DNA from: Chrysomallon squamiferum
Lineage: Eukaryota; Animalia; Mollusca
Direction: 5' to 3'
Assembly: GCA_012295275.1 (NCBI GenBank)
Contig: CM022679.1
Span: 27,838,001-27,902,000, forward strand
Length of the DNA stretch: 64,000 nucleotides
Both the position numbers and the translations under genes were made by a program. The notes below the pieces were generated by a model that did no database searches, was not told the DNA's origin, and worked only from the letters and a program-made list of their open reading frames with translations. Position 1 is the stretch's first letter. Each line of letters starts with the position of its first letter. This document shows positions 17,406 to 31,079 of this stretch, one piece after another.

Positions 17406-19118
17406 TATTAACTGAATATTAATTGTTATTAGTTTTTTGGTTTATTTATTTCTGTTCATTGCAAAAATGTATATTTTGGTTTTATACACATGACTACAGC
17501 ATTTTCTGTTCTGTTTACTAAATAAGTATATTAATGTATGTAATTTTGACATGTTAACTAATTTTCAGTATATGCAATCTCAGATCTTTATCATTTATCA
17601 TGTATATATACTGATTTCTTATTTTTCATGTTGTCATGGAAATGTATATTATTAGTGGGTATATAATGGGAATTAACTTTGTAAGTTAAAATGTTTAAGT
17701 TACTTCTGATTTCATTCTTCACTTTCAACAAAATACTTGTTAATCTTTTGCTGTAATTATGGTAACAAAGTATTAAAAAACATATTTTAATGTTAGTTAT
17801 GGACATTTTTTTTTTATGGTGAAAAAAAAACAAAACATAATAAATAAATAAATAAATAGACAATGTACCAGAATGAGGAACTGGTAATGCAAAATCAGTG
17901 TTTGTGATTCTTCAGTTAGTAATGTGTACAAAAATCTCAGATCTATACACTTTTTATGAAGAAAAAAATATTTATTTATTTATTTATTTATTGCTTGCTA
18001 CCGAGAATGTATTAGTAATAACAAAGTGTTCAAACACTGGATAGAACCTGTCTCCTTCAGCTGTCCATAAAATGTGAATAAAAAAAAATAATAATAATAA
18101 TAAAAAAAAAAAAAAAATTAGTAACGTTATCTTCACTTTAAAAACAATTATCGTTTTTAAGAAAACGTTTTCCCTTTGTCAAACATTGTTACCTCCCTTT
18201 GCGAAAGCCTTTTCACCTACCCTTGAGATAACATTATCTCCCGTTACGAAAATGTTTATCTACCGTTTGAAAATCCAATTCCCATTTAATTAAAGCAAAA
18301 TAATTTTTTTTTTTTTTAAGTAATAAAGTGGAGAAAAATGATCTTTCGAATGTGTGTGTGTGTGTGTGTGTGTGTGTGTCTGTGTCTGTGTGTGTGTGTG
18401 TGTGACTGTGTGTGTTTTAAACTACTTTATATTATTAAAAAATACTCCCTCTTTTCTTTTCTTTTTTCTCCATTACCAGTTTTTATTTATTTATTTATTT
18501 ATTTTTTTATTAATTGATGTAAATTTCTGTTTACATGTTAGTGATGGACGTAACTAATGACGTTAACATTGATCATGTCTGACGTCATAGTGTATTGTAT
18601 GTTTTCAACGTCAACGCAGCACAAGTACGTTATGTATCAAGTTTAAGTTAATCTATTACAGCAAAGGGTGTGAATATAATTTATTTGGTACGTAGGATTA
18701 AAAAGATTAAGAATGAGAACAAAATAATTATAACCATATACAGAAACAAACAAAATCCAAATGAAAAATCCCAGCAAACTACAACAAAAGTTAAACAGTA
18801 AAATTTAAAATAAAGAAAAAAAAAATAAAAAAAAAAAAAAAAAATAAAAAATAGTGCAATGTAAAAACTAAATTAATGAGAGTAACGTTAGATGAGAGGA
18901 ACTGCGGAAAGATATAAAACGGTTGTTGTTGCTGACATCACATCGTTAAAGAATTTATGGGGATAATTGAAGGAGGTGATATAATAATAATAAAAAACAA
19001 TAACACCACCAATATCATGACAACAGTCACTACCAACATTATCAATAATAATAATAATAAACAACAACAACAACAACAACAATAATATGATAATAATAAT
19101 AAAACAATAATAACAGCA

Positions 19119-19153
<35 letters not shown>

Positions 19154-20788
19154 CAACAATAACAACAAAAGCAACTAGAAGAAGAATGATCCTGATGACT
19201 GTAGTCATAATACCTAAGTAACTTCACTGTTCTGAAGGTCGAGACTGGCAGCTCGGAGAAGGTTCTGGTCTAGAGTGTAGTTGGTCATATTTCATTATCT
19301 TTGTTTATCAGACACCTCTGTCCGTCCTTGACCGCTCACTACATCTGTGTTACATATTTATGTTGTAAATATTTAACAAAACTGAGATAAAAATACTGTG
19401 TAATGTGAAATGATATAAAACACATATGGGGATAACTGAAGGAGGTAACAAATTATAATAATAAAATAGCAATAACACCATCAAAATAAAACATCAACAA
19501 CAATAATAATAAGTGAATATACATATATATAACAATTTATAAAATGTATGACATGCAGTTTGTATCAAATGCATGATATATGGGAGTATATATCACTGAT
19601 GTGTAAAGTTAAATTTTATAACAAGTGCATTCACTGTTTATAAAGATATGCATTATACGAGACAGACGGGAGGGTTCACGTAGACAGCACATGCAGTGAC
19701 GTATTGCTTTGGTTACTTGTACGTTAATTAAAATCTGCAGGAACTGTCAAATGTCCGCTCGATGAAAAATGTCCCTACATTTATCTTGATGGAGAACATG
19801 GAGTTTTTAGCAAGAAATCGCCGAGACATAAACTGATAGAGGAGGCATGTGACCCTTCCATTACTAAGAACCATGCATTTACTGCGAGTGAAACTAACAT
19901 TTCTAACAGTCGTTTTGTTTTATCAGAAAACGTGACGGAATTTCAGAATTAGATTAACGCAGGCAGTGAAGTAAAGTGATTCTGTGATTGAGCTCAAACA
20001 GAGAAAGGATGATGTGTCCAGGCTATCCATCTATCCAGCGGAACAAGAGAAAACACAATGTCTACCTTTACTTTGAATCTATGAAGTGAAAATTAATGTT
20101 CAGTGATTATATAAGCTGGGTTTTGTTGTCTATGTTGTAGATAACTGTAGACAAAGAGGTGTTTGGTGTAGATAAATTCGCCGCTCCCTGCACAGATTTT
20201 GTCTAATAGAGGTTAATGATCTTAAAAGCTTCCAAATGATCTTCCATCTTGTAAAAGCTTTGGCTGCCCTACTAAAACACCTCAGACAACTACAGCTAAT
20301 ACACTAAGTCTACACACACCTTGCTGAAAATCCAATTCTCAACACGTCAGACGTCATCGTTGAGAAAGATTCTTCAAACACACGTCGTCCTCCTTGCCAT
20401 CAACATCGCCATTGCTTTGTAGTGATTCGCCAATTACGCAAGTTTTTTCGTCATCGAAGCCGCATATGGACGCCCTTTAATTAGATCTAAAATGAAGTTC
20501 GCATACTTTCTAATAAAGAGAACGCGTGGAAGCACGCTGGGGTTCTCTGGAACCAAGGAGGAAAGCACCCCGGAATGTAATTACTTTCACTTGCATTAGC
20601 CGGCATTAGCTGCCAGACCCGCGAAGATTAACTTTATAACTTGTACTTTATAAAGTTTTGTATTTATTATTACATGGGATTTTGCGATTAACTGTAGACT
20701 GAAAATAGTTTCACAGGTAGGAGGAGGAAGTAGAGAGGAGGGAGAAGGAGAAAGAAAATAAAACAGATCTGTAAATTATAGAACATTA

Positions 20789-20795
<7 letters not shown>

Positions 20796-20860
<65 letters not shown>
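20796..20860. repeat. (GA)n microsatellite
   Basis: Seen directly. Confidence 0.9.
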
Positions 20861-20864
<4 letters not shown>

Positions 20865-22051
20865 CTGTGAACAAAGTCATCATCCAATATATCATTATTG
20901 ATAATGTGCAGCGATGAAATAAATTTTGAAAAAGAAAATCAGTCAGCAGCATCAGATAGGAAATAAAAAATTTATTTGTCTTTTGGATTTAAACGTGACA
21001 AATTTCAGAAATATTTTATTTGGCAAAACGTAACCGCGCTTAATGTACACAGAGAATGGTATCGAACTGTGCCGAAGACGTAAGAAGCTTTCTGTTGACG
21101 AGGAGAAACGAATCGAGTTTGATGTGAGTAGAATTACTTGGACATCTCGTCCACTTTGCTGTGTGCTGTGTGCGTCTTCGTTAGCAAACCGATTTGTTTT
21201 CTATTTACAACTTTTCCTCAGCCCTGACGTCTTAAGTGAGGCAATGCGATAACGTGATGCTGCTATTTTTAATGTCTGTTTAATGTGTCTGCCACAGTAC
21301 AAAGAGCGGATCAAAGTTGGCCACAGAATGGTGAGTGGTTTTGTGAGGTTAAGAACATGGCGGCAATAAGATGGTATCGTAACGCAATTATCAAATGGAC
21401 CGGTTCAAGGCATCTCGTCCAGAATATGAATAATTCAGAACGGGACACACTGGATCACAATTTGTTATAATCTTAGGTTAATCTTGTTTTGGGAAGGAAT
21501 TTACTCTCCCTGTATCTAAGAAACTGATAAAATCTTTAACTAGTTGTGCTATGTGAAGACTAGATCTCACATACAAACGCAGTTAGTCAGAGAAAAACAA
21601 AGAAAATATCATTTTACATCATCCACGACTGTGACGTTAGCGATGACGTGCATGCAACAAGAAGCCAGTGTGACAGTGTAATTACGCAGACGTGTAACGT
21701 GTTTGATAATTTAATACAACGTGTCTGCTGTATGACATTTTATACTCTGACCTACAAACTGCAGAGAAAGAAAAAAAAAAAAAAAAAAAAAAAAAAAAAC
21801 AAAAAAACGCAGATGTTATTAGAGTCTCCTCAAACTTGTAATAAGAAAATTAGCTGCTTGTTTGTAATTAATCTAATTTAGAAGCGTAATGTGTATATAG
21901 CTGTCTCTCTGCTTTGTATAGTCAGTGTGCGCCTGTGTGTATGTAGGTGTGTATGTGTTCATATATATATAAATATGTACGTATGTATGTGTGTATATGT
22001 GCGTGTATGTGTGTGTATGTGTGTATTTGTATATGTAACTGTGGGTGTGTC

Positions 22052-22106
<55 letters not shown>

Positions 22107-23303
22107 TCTTTTGTGTATGATTCTTTCTGCCAATATTTATTTAACGTAGTATAAAACTTGACACAAATATTAAATACACAGAAAGCATATAATAAGATTT
22201 TGCAATATATTAAATTTTGTTTTGACTGAATTAAATATTTTAGATTAACAAAATTCAAAAAAATAAAAAAATAAATAAAATAAAATAAAGTACAGTGAAA
22301 AAGAAAAAAGGAAATAAAAAGAAAATAATAAAAAATAAAACAACCCCCCGAAAAAAAAAATTAAAAAGAAAAAGCAGAAGAAAAAGAACGTAAATGAAGA
22401 TACAAACATTTCGGACTTGTTTGGTAAATATAAACATTAGTTTGATTCATTATTAACAACAAGTTTACATCGCGCACCAACAACACAAGTTTCGTTTCAT
22501 TACTAAATTGTTATTTTTGCGTCAAATGCACTTTAATATTATTTTTCCTGGTTATGTGTTGTTGACTTATTTCGTTTAGTTGAAAATTATTTTATCCTAG
22601 TTCCTTTATTAACCACATCGATATTTAAATACATGTTTCCATTAATGCAAATTTTATTTAGATTTTTGTAGCAGTTTTGTCTCTGGTAATTTATATAACG
22701 TGCACTCCATAAATTGTTTTTTATTTTATTTATTTGGCAAATAATCTCAGTTTAATTTATTAGTAGAAGTGAATTTTATTACTTCCAGCGTACTGATCGG
22801 TGCAAAACAGTCATGTAAATAAGACTAATTCAATGATTTAATGATTAACGTAAATATGTTGTTTTTGTTTTTGTTTTTATTTTTTTTATTACTTAATTTA
22901 TTTTTCTATTTCGTTTTAACTTAGTATTTTTTTCCTCTCTCTGTTTTTTTTCTTAAAATATGTTTTGCGGGATCTAAGGCTACTGAAAATTAATAAACAC
23001 ACAAACAAACAATCTCTCGAGAAAAAGAAGCCAAACACCGAAAATCTACTTTATATTAAAAAAAAAAGAAAAAAAAAACATTACTTCAAAACGAATTATT
23101 CATTCTTTTCCTGCCTCCCTCAATGTAATGTTGTAAAGAAACCAAAAAAAAAAAAAAACAACAACAAAAACCCCTAAAAAAACAATTAAATAAACACAAC
23201 AACGACAATAATAATAATAAAAGAAAAAGCAAACATTAATAATAATAATAATAAACAACAAAAAAAACTACAAGAAATAAAAACGAGTATAACTCTACCC
23301 CAC

Positions 23304-23334
<31 letters not shown>

Positions 23335-23611
23335 AAATAAACAAATAATGAATAAACAAACAAACAAACAAACAAATAAATAAATAAATAAATAAATAAA
23401 AAGTAAAGAAACAAAATCGACACCTCAAATGACAGCAGCCGCAGCGGCAAACAATAACAACAACAGTTATAATAATTATAAGTAACATTACACACGTAAA
23501 GGGCTATAAGAGTCTGCTATTACACATAGAACAAACAGCGAAGGGGTTCCTTGTGTAGACTGTATTGAAATACAAAAAGTAAACGACATCGCAGACATTA
23601 ACAAAATACTA

Positions 23612-23752
23612 TGGTGTACAAAACAATGTTAGTATGTTAGTGTAATATATTAATCAGTATAAGTGTGTGGTGTACAAAACAATGTTAGTATGTTAGTGTG
23701 TAATATGTTAACCAGTGTTTGTGTGTTGTGTACAAAACAATGTTAGTATGTA
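23612..23752. repeat. ~57-bp tandem repeat, ~2.5 copies (gtgtacaaaacaatgttagtatg core)
   Basis: Core recurs at ~23614, ~23670 and ~23728. Confidence 0.8.
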
Positions 23753-24788
23753 AACCAGCGTTCATGTTACTGTGTAGTAGAGGAAACAAAGAATGAACGT
23801 TCAAAAAAAAAAAATAATAATAATAATAATAATAATAACAATAATAACAATAATAATCATCATCATCATCATCATCATAAAAAAAAAAAAAAAAAATACA
23901 CGAAAAATAGGTTAAAAAAATAAATAATACAAAAATCCTATTAATCTTTATGCATAGCATAGATAAACAGTTTTACTTCAAAAGGTCATAAGTCGAAGTA
24001 AAATGTGATAAATTGTCCGCGTTCTATCGAATTTGTCTTTCTTGCCCAAACTATAAACACCTTTGTAAACGAGAAGTAATTGTAACGTAACACGTCCGTC
24101 CTTATCACGTGACCAAACGCCATTGATTAACAGATACACGACCAGGACACAATAGACTGAGAGTCTTGAAGGCGCCGGTCTTTGAGGGTCTCAAGCCAGT
24201 GATTAAAATTGGCAATAGCTGTAACGCTTATATCGGAAACGTTTAGATTAAGAACGGTACTAAATTTGTAAGTAGAGAAATTGAGATTCCGGCACAAAGG
24301 GCTAATTGAATTTTTAGAAAAAAGAGGTAAATTGGAAGTAAATTGGCCTCAATAATAATAAGAAAAAATTATAAGAAGAAAGAAAGAAAAAGAAAAAAGA
24401 GATGAAGCAAATGTACAAATAAACATGTAGAAAAATAGTCTGTTCAAATTTTTAATACATACATACATACATACATACTTACATACACACAAGATCGAAG
24501 AATGAAATAACATTTACTAGTTTCTTAATTTTTTCTCATATTCAAAATATACAAACTTATTTGAACGTACATACACCTGCAAACATTTTATAATGGTGTT
24601 GATAGTCTGATACATAAAGAAGTCAAATATTACTGTTAATACATGAATTTCGTATCTATTAGACTGTAACTGGAAGAAAAGAGAAAAAGAAAATGGATTG
24701 CATTATCAGACATTAATGTAATTTTCAAGGCATTTTAAAGGATTGTGCGTTTAGGAGACGCCTTTATGTTCTTTATCAGTTAATAAGC

Positions 24789-24819
<31 letters not shown>

Positions 24820-26689
24820 TAAATTAAAAAAAAACATAGTAATAAAGAAGACAAAATTGCAGTATTCAGTCATCTGAGCTGAGGAGTATTTGAGCGAGGC
24901 TTGGTTGCCAGGTCTGATTTTCACGTGGAGTTAGAAAAACGTCTTACTAAGACTTCACCAGTTAGTTCATTGTAACGTGCAAAGACAGACGAGAAATTTA
25001 ATTACAGCAAAATGTGTAAGTATACAGCGGCCATTAGTACACGTCACAAAAACACAGCATTTCAATCTGTGACGTCACTAAACCTCTGACCAGTATATAT
25101 TCCAGTTTGCTAGCAATCTGCTCAAGATTTGATACCAGATCGGGAAATAACGCTATCTACATAATTCTAACTTGCTGTCACTTTCTTGTTTTAGGAATAA
25201 ACTAAAATTTAAATATTACCTGTACTTCTTTTAACTGAAACAATCATAGATTTCCCTATCAGTGTAAAAATCAATTTCCTGACATTTCTGCATCTTGCAT
25301 GCAGAATGCACGGAGAAGTAAACTGATAAATACATCGATCAGTTCACTTTATATAAAAAATGAAAAAAAATAAATCTTCAGACGCCTTCTCGTTGCAGTG
25401 AAATAATTAAGTTGGCGAGGATGAATGTTAGAAAAATAAGTAGTATCGAGAAAACGCGTCTTCTTGTGCATCCAACAAACAACTATCGACCGCCAGCCAT
25501 CTCCTTGCTACGCCTGTTTTAACAATTTTTGTCGCTCCTCAACCAATCTGGTTGTTAAAACACCAAAATACGGTCTATTGGAAGCTTGCGTCACCCACAG
25601 AGAACGCTGTTTGTTTAATGAGAGACTGTGAGAGATGTGAAACAAGTGAATTGAGATAAATTGTTTAATGTCCCAGACTAATCTGATAAACACACAAACC
25701 TTCTGACTGATAGCAACCATTACTACAACTACTACTACTGCTGCTACTGCTTCACAATCACAACAAAGAACTACGACAAAAAACTATTGTTAGTACTGTT
25801 CCTAGAACTACCACTGCTATTTTACAGTTACTGTTATAGCATGTTATAAATAAATAAATATATATATATACACATATACATAGACACATATACATACATA
25901 CATACATACATACATACATACATACATAAATACATCATGCAACAGAAATAGCACAGTAATAAAACAAAGATAATTAAGAAATAAAATAATGATCCGGATA
26001 GAATAAAAATAATAATTTAAAAGAAGAAAAAAGAGGAAGAAAAATCATTTCACCTTTATAAAAAATCAACTTCAATGAGTTTTGTTCAGATACCCTAATA
26101 ATCTTCCAGTGAAAAAGCCAGTTTTAATCTGGAAATTTCTTGACAATCATTGTCCATTTCCAAGTGTTCTTGCTTCATTCCTAAAACATAATTTTAATTG
26201 TGACTTCAATCAGTAAGATTTGCATTTTAAGAGTTTGACGTAAATTAATTAATCATCTGGTTATTATTAGTATTATTATTATTATTATTATTACTGTTAC
26301 ATAAACAGGCAGTAATAATATAGAATAAAAAATGGTGTAATAATGAACACACACACATATACACACACACGTATATATAAAACTGTATTTTAATAATACT
26401 TCTATGACTAATTTGCAAAAGAATCTAGCAGCTAATTAAAAAAAACAAAAACAACAACAACAACAACAAACAAACATACTATGGTATTATTAAATTTCCA
26501 AACTGAGCATGCCAGTGAATATTAACAAGTAAGAAATATTAATGACAACTATTTGTTTAGTGATTCAACCACAGTAATTGTGAACGTCTGTCAAAGTTCT
26601 GTAATCTTGAGAAGTGTCCATTAGAAAAACCAAGTTTTTGTGGCGTTAACGTTAATACTATTAACAAAATAACAACAACAATAAAACGG

Positions 26690-26830
26690 GTATGTATGTA
26701 TGTGTGTGCGTATGTCTGTATGTATGTATGCATGTGTGTGTGTGTGTATGTATGTATGTACGTTTGTATGTATATATGTATGTATGTATGTGTGTGTGTA
26801 TGTATGTATGTACGTACGTGTGTGTATGTA

Positions 26831-26863
<33 letters not shown>

Positions 26864-26898
26864 GTATGTATGTATGTATGTGTGTGTGTATGTACGTA
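26690..26898. repeat. (GTAT)n/(GT)n compound microsatellite
   Basis: Seen directly. Confidence 0.9.
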
Positions 26899-28014
26899 TT
26901 AAGAAAGCAGACACAGTGTCTCCTGTATGAACAGACTATTTTTCTACATGTTTATTTTTGCAAACTGTAAACACGGAGCTGGCTGAAACGTGACATAGCA
27001 AACCTGTTTTGAGTGGAAATTACTCCCTTATCCCCAAGTCTGGATTTCATTAATCTAAAGCCAACTCAATCAACATATATAGGCGTCTGAAATAAGCCGT
27101 GCCCGGATTCCCCGGAGTTCGGCCAATATACGTAGAATATCCGCCAATTCCCTCGGCCCCATTCAGTGAAAGCGTTTCTTTGATTCGTAGTCCACACATT
27201 CAATGTCTTGTTTCTAAAGTCGGTTTATCCCAGCTCAACACCAATTGACAAATATCACAAGTCTTCATCTTTTTTCATCTTATATATTTTTTTTTTTTTT
27301 TTAATTTGGCCTACTGCTGATCTGGTCAGACGAAGTTCTGTTTTCTGAAGTGGCTGTATGATTTGTCTATTTTTGCTGATTCTTTCTTTTCTTTTCTTTT
27401 TCTTTTACCAACTATATGCTGTTTAAAAATATTACAACCGTAGACACACATATTCATTCACAGACATACACATACACATGTAGATAGTCTAAATCTTCCA
27501 CATTCATGAACAACATTTCAACAGCTTATTAGTTTATGCGTAAATATCTGAAATAACGACTTCGCACTTTGAAATGCAGTCTTTTACATTTTTATGTATG
27601 TGTGTATGTGTGTGTGTGTGTGTGTGTGAGTGTATGTTTAATTTATTATATATAGTTTTTTAAACTAGAAAAAGCCATCAGACATCATTTCCTGAAAACT
27701 GATAAGAGAATATTACTCGAAACCATATTACATAAACCATCAATCGAACGCGTTCATTCACTCGGCGGTATAATACACATCCGGCCATCAGAACCGGAAG
27801 TACATAGCACTTGAGAAATTAGTCCCTATTTAACACAGCCGAGCAAATAAAAGAGAACTAATTTTTATTTGAGTCGTTGGAGAACAGATAAAAAAACAAA
27901 TCACAAAAAATATAAAAATCTTTTTATTAAGACGGGTTATTTGAGACCTGTCAAAATTACATTAATGAAAGAAAGATTACATTAAAAGTAAAAAAAAAAA
28001 GAAAAAAAAAAAAG

Positions 28015-28019
<5 letters not shown>

Positions 28020-28093
<74 letters not shown>
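28020..28093. repeat. (GA)n microsatellite
   Basis: Seen directly. Confidence 0.95.
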
Positions 28094-28097
<4 letters not shown>

Positions 28098-28852
28098 TGC
28101 TTGCTGAAGTTAAAGTAAAGAAGAATGGTAATTTTTTTGCGCATCAATTGATGAAAACGTTAATACAGGAATGCTTATTTGTAAGAACCATTTTCTTTTC
28201 TTTTCTTCTATTTATGTACAGTTTAGTTTTATTATTATTATTATTATTATTAATTTATTTTATTTGGACCAATCTATTCTGTGCATGTATGTGTACATAT
28301 GTGTTGAATGTTCGTGAACTCTTTGTTTCTGTGTGTCTTTGTATGTGTGTATTATATGTGCGTCATTACTTCTTACCCCTCCCTACCGATGTCATTAGTG
28401 CATATGCTTCTATCACACTGTGGATGTGCTCCTGCACATACATGACAATAATTGAAGAGACAGTGTTATGAGGTAGAAATTACAGAGATAACAAAACAAA
28501 TCACTTAGATCTGATAGAGACGTCTGTTCAGGCTTGATCCTCAAATAAAAACTATTCCCAGGAATACATAATATGAGGGAGAATTATCATCTGTGACAGA
28601 CGCAATAACCCCCAGTCCCTCGAGCTTCCTCACACAAACCACAGATCATGATTAACAATGTTCTATTAAATAACCCTCTGACAGCTCGTCAGGCTCAATC
28701 GTTTGTCTATGCAAATACTGAGAGAAATATTAATAAATGAATTACTTTTCTCCTTTAAAATTTAGCGGGAGAATACAGAAACTATTGGGTTTGGGTCAGG
28801 ATGGGGAATAGCGAGTTGGTTCACATAGAACGACTAACAGTAACAAACCAAC

Positions 28853-29655
28853 CCTGAACTACAACCCTGTCTACATTCCAACACCTGAAGTACAGCCCTG
28901 TCTACATTCCAACACCTGTCTACATTCCAACACCTGAAGTACAGCCCTGTCTACATCCCAACATCTGAACTACAACCCTGTCTACATTCCAACACCTGAA
29001 GTACAGCCCTGTCTACATCCCAACACCTGAACTACAGCCCTGTCTACATTCCAACACCTGAAGTACAGCCCTGTCTACATTCCAACGTCTGAACTACAAC
29101 GCTGTCTACATCCCAGCACCTGAAGTACAGTCCTGTCTACATCCCAACACCTGAACTACATCCCTGTCTACATTCCAACACCTGAACTACAACGCTGTCT
29201 ACATCCCAGCACCCGAAGTACAACCCTGTCTACATTCCAACACGTGAAGTACAACCCTGTCTACATCCTAACACCTGAACTACAACCCTGTCTACATCCC
29301 AATACCCGAAGTACAACCTGTCTACATCCCAACACGTGAAGTACAACCTGTCTACATCCCAACACGTGAAGTACAACCTGTCTACATCCCAACACGTGAA
29401 GTACAACCTGTCTACATCCCAACACGTGAAGTACAACCTGTCTACATCCTAACATCTGAACTTCGACCCTGTCTTCATCCCAATACCTGAAATACAACTC
29501 TACTTATACACTAATCCTTGAACTACAATTCTGTCTACACTCTGATCTCTGAACTACAACTTCGTTTACAATAACTCCTGAACTATAGCTCTGCCCACAT
29601 CCAACTCCAGAATTACAAGCTTGCTTACTTCTAACCCTAAACTACAACTCTGTCT
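28853..29655. repeat. 31/30-bp minisatellite (gaagtacaaccctgtctacatcccaacacct), ~25 copies decaying toward the 3' end
   Basis: 31-bp units to ~29300, homogeneous 30-bp units ~29310-29450, then diverged copies. Confidence 0.93.
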
Positions 29656-31031
29656 CAATTAAATTACGAGAACGTTTATTACATAAAGTTATTATTAGAT
29701 TTTCTTATAGTGCTTGATTAGGTGCTTGATTCCAGTCATCACTTACCAGCGACAGATGGCAAATTATTAAATAACACTGCAATAATAAGTAATTTGTTCT
29801 GTTGTCCTAACTAACGAATGATTCTTGCATTTAAAATAATATTACTAAATAAGACTCAGTTTTAATGAACCTTGTTGTTGTCAAATATCGACAGTGACGA
29901 GATTTGAAAGACTGATTTTGTGAATAAAGAATTACAGATGAATTAAGCTCATCCATCCAGAACAGAATATACAGAATCAAATTTCTTTTTGACAGCATTT
30001 TATTTATTTATTTATTTTTTTAAAGACAGATATTAACTAGAGTTATATTTATATGTAGTAGCTAGTATTTGAACAACGAGCACACTTGCGAGTTAACGTT
30101 CAGACACCGTATGAAACGAAATGAGAAAATTGTGACCAGACTTTGCTGATTATTATGACTGTAATATGAGACCACAGCGGCCGGCAGCTGGACGATATTA
30201 ATTAACGAGACGTCAGAAACATTGGAACACGTTATGAGCTTCAGGCCGCGTCCGCCATTGTTGACTGGTCATCCGATTCCGTGTTTCTAGACAGCGAGAA
30301 GGTCAACTCAAAATAAAAGCGTAGTAAGAAATCGGTGATCAATCTAAGTGTGATGCTCGTGATCAAAGGGAAGTGTCTACTGGTCGTGTTACAGTGGAAT
30401 TTATTGTTATTATTTGTTGTACGTCTTTGATCCGTTCACTTTGTCTCTTTCTTTATGACATTTCAAATCTCGAGTAATTTCGTCCGTGGCAAAATGTTAC
30501 TTCACTCCTGGTCGATTCGCGTTTCCACTAAACACATTTCACTTGATGTTTTCTCCAACAAAATTGGTAATGACCCGTGCTTCGACATTCTAGGTTGCGC
30601 ATTTAGAGTGATTTGAGAATAATTTGGAAATTATTTTCAAACGCAAATTGAATTTCTGTGAAAGAGTCACACAAGATTGGATTCAAACTCGGTGATCGAG
30701 ACTATAACGCCATTTTGTTTCTGCCTGCAGTAAATTCATCTCCTTTCTTCTTTTTTTCTTCCCGCGAAATTGATCAGTGCAAAGAAGTTTTTACTTCAGA
30801 TTAACGCAATTATTTCAGAAAATAAATTAGTGAACTGCATAAAAATGAAATATCTGACTTAAAATGAACTTTGAATGCAACTAATCTTCATTATCCTGAA
30901 TTTCATTATTTTTGAAATCTAACATTTATGTTTTAAATGTTAAATACATATTTCTAGATTTCTTCAAAACATATAACAACAACAGCAACAACAAGAGTAA
31001 TAATAATAATAATAATAATAATAATATGTAT

Positions 31032-31079
<48 letters not shown>

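Noticed and set aside
29230-29497. Repetitive ORFs (LYFTCWDVDR)n and (QVVLHVLGCR)n
   Set aside because: Translations of the 30-bp minisatellite; the frame is lost in the adjacent 31-bp units.
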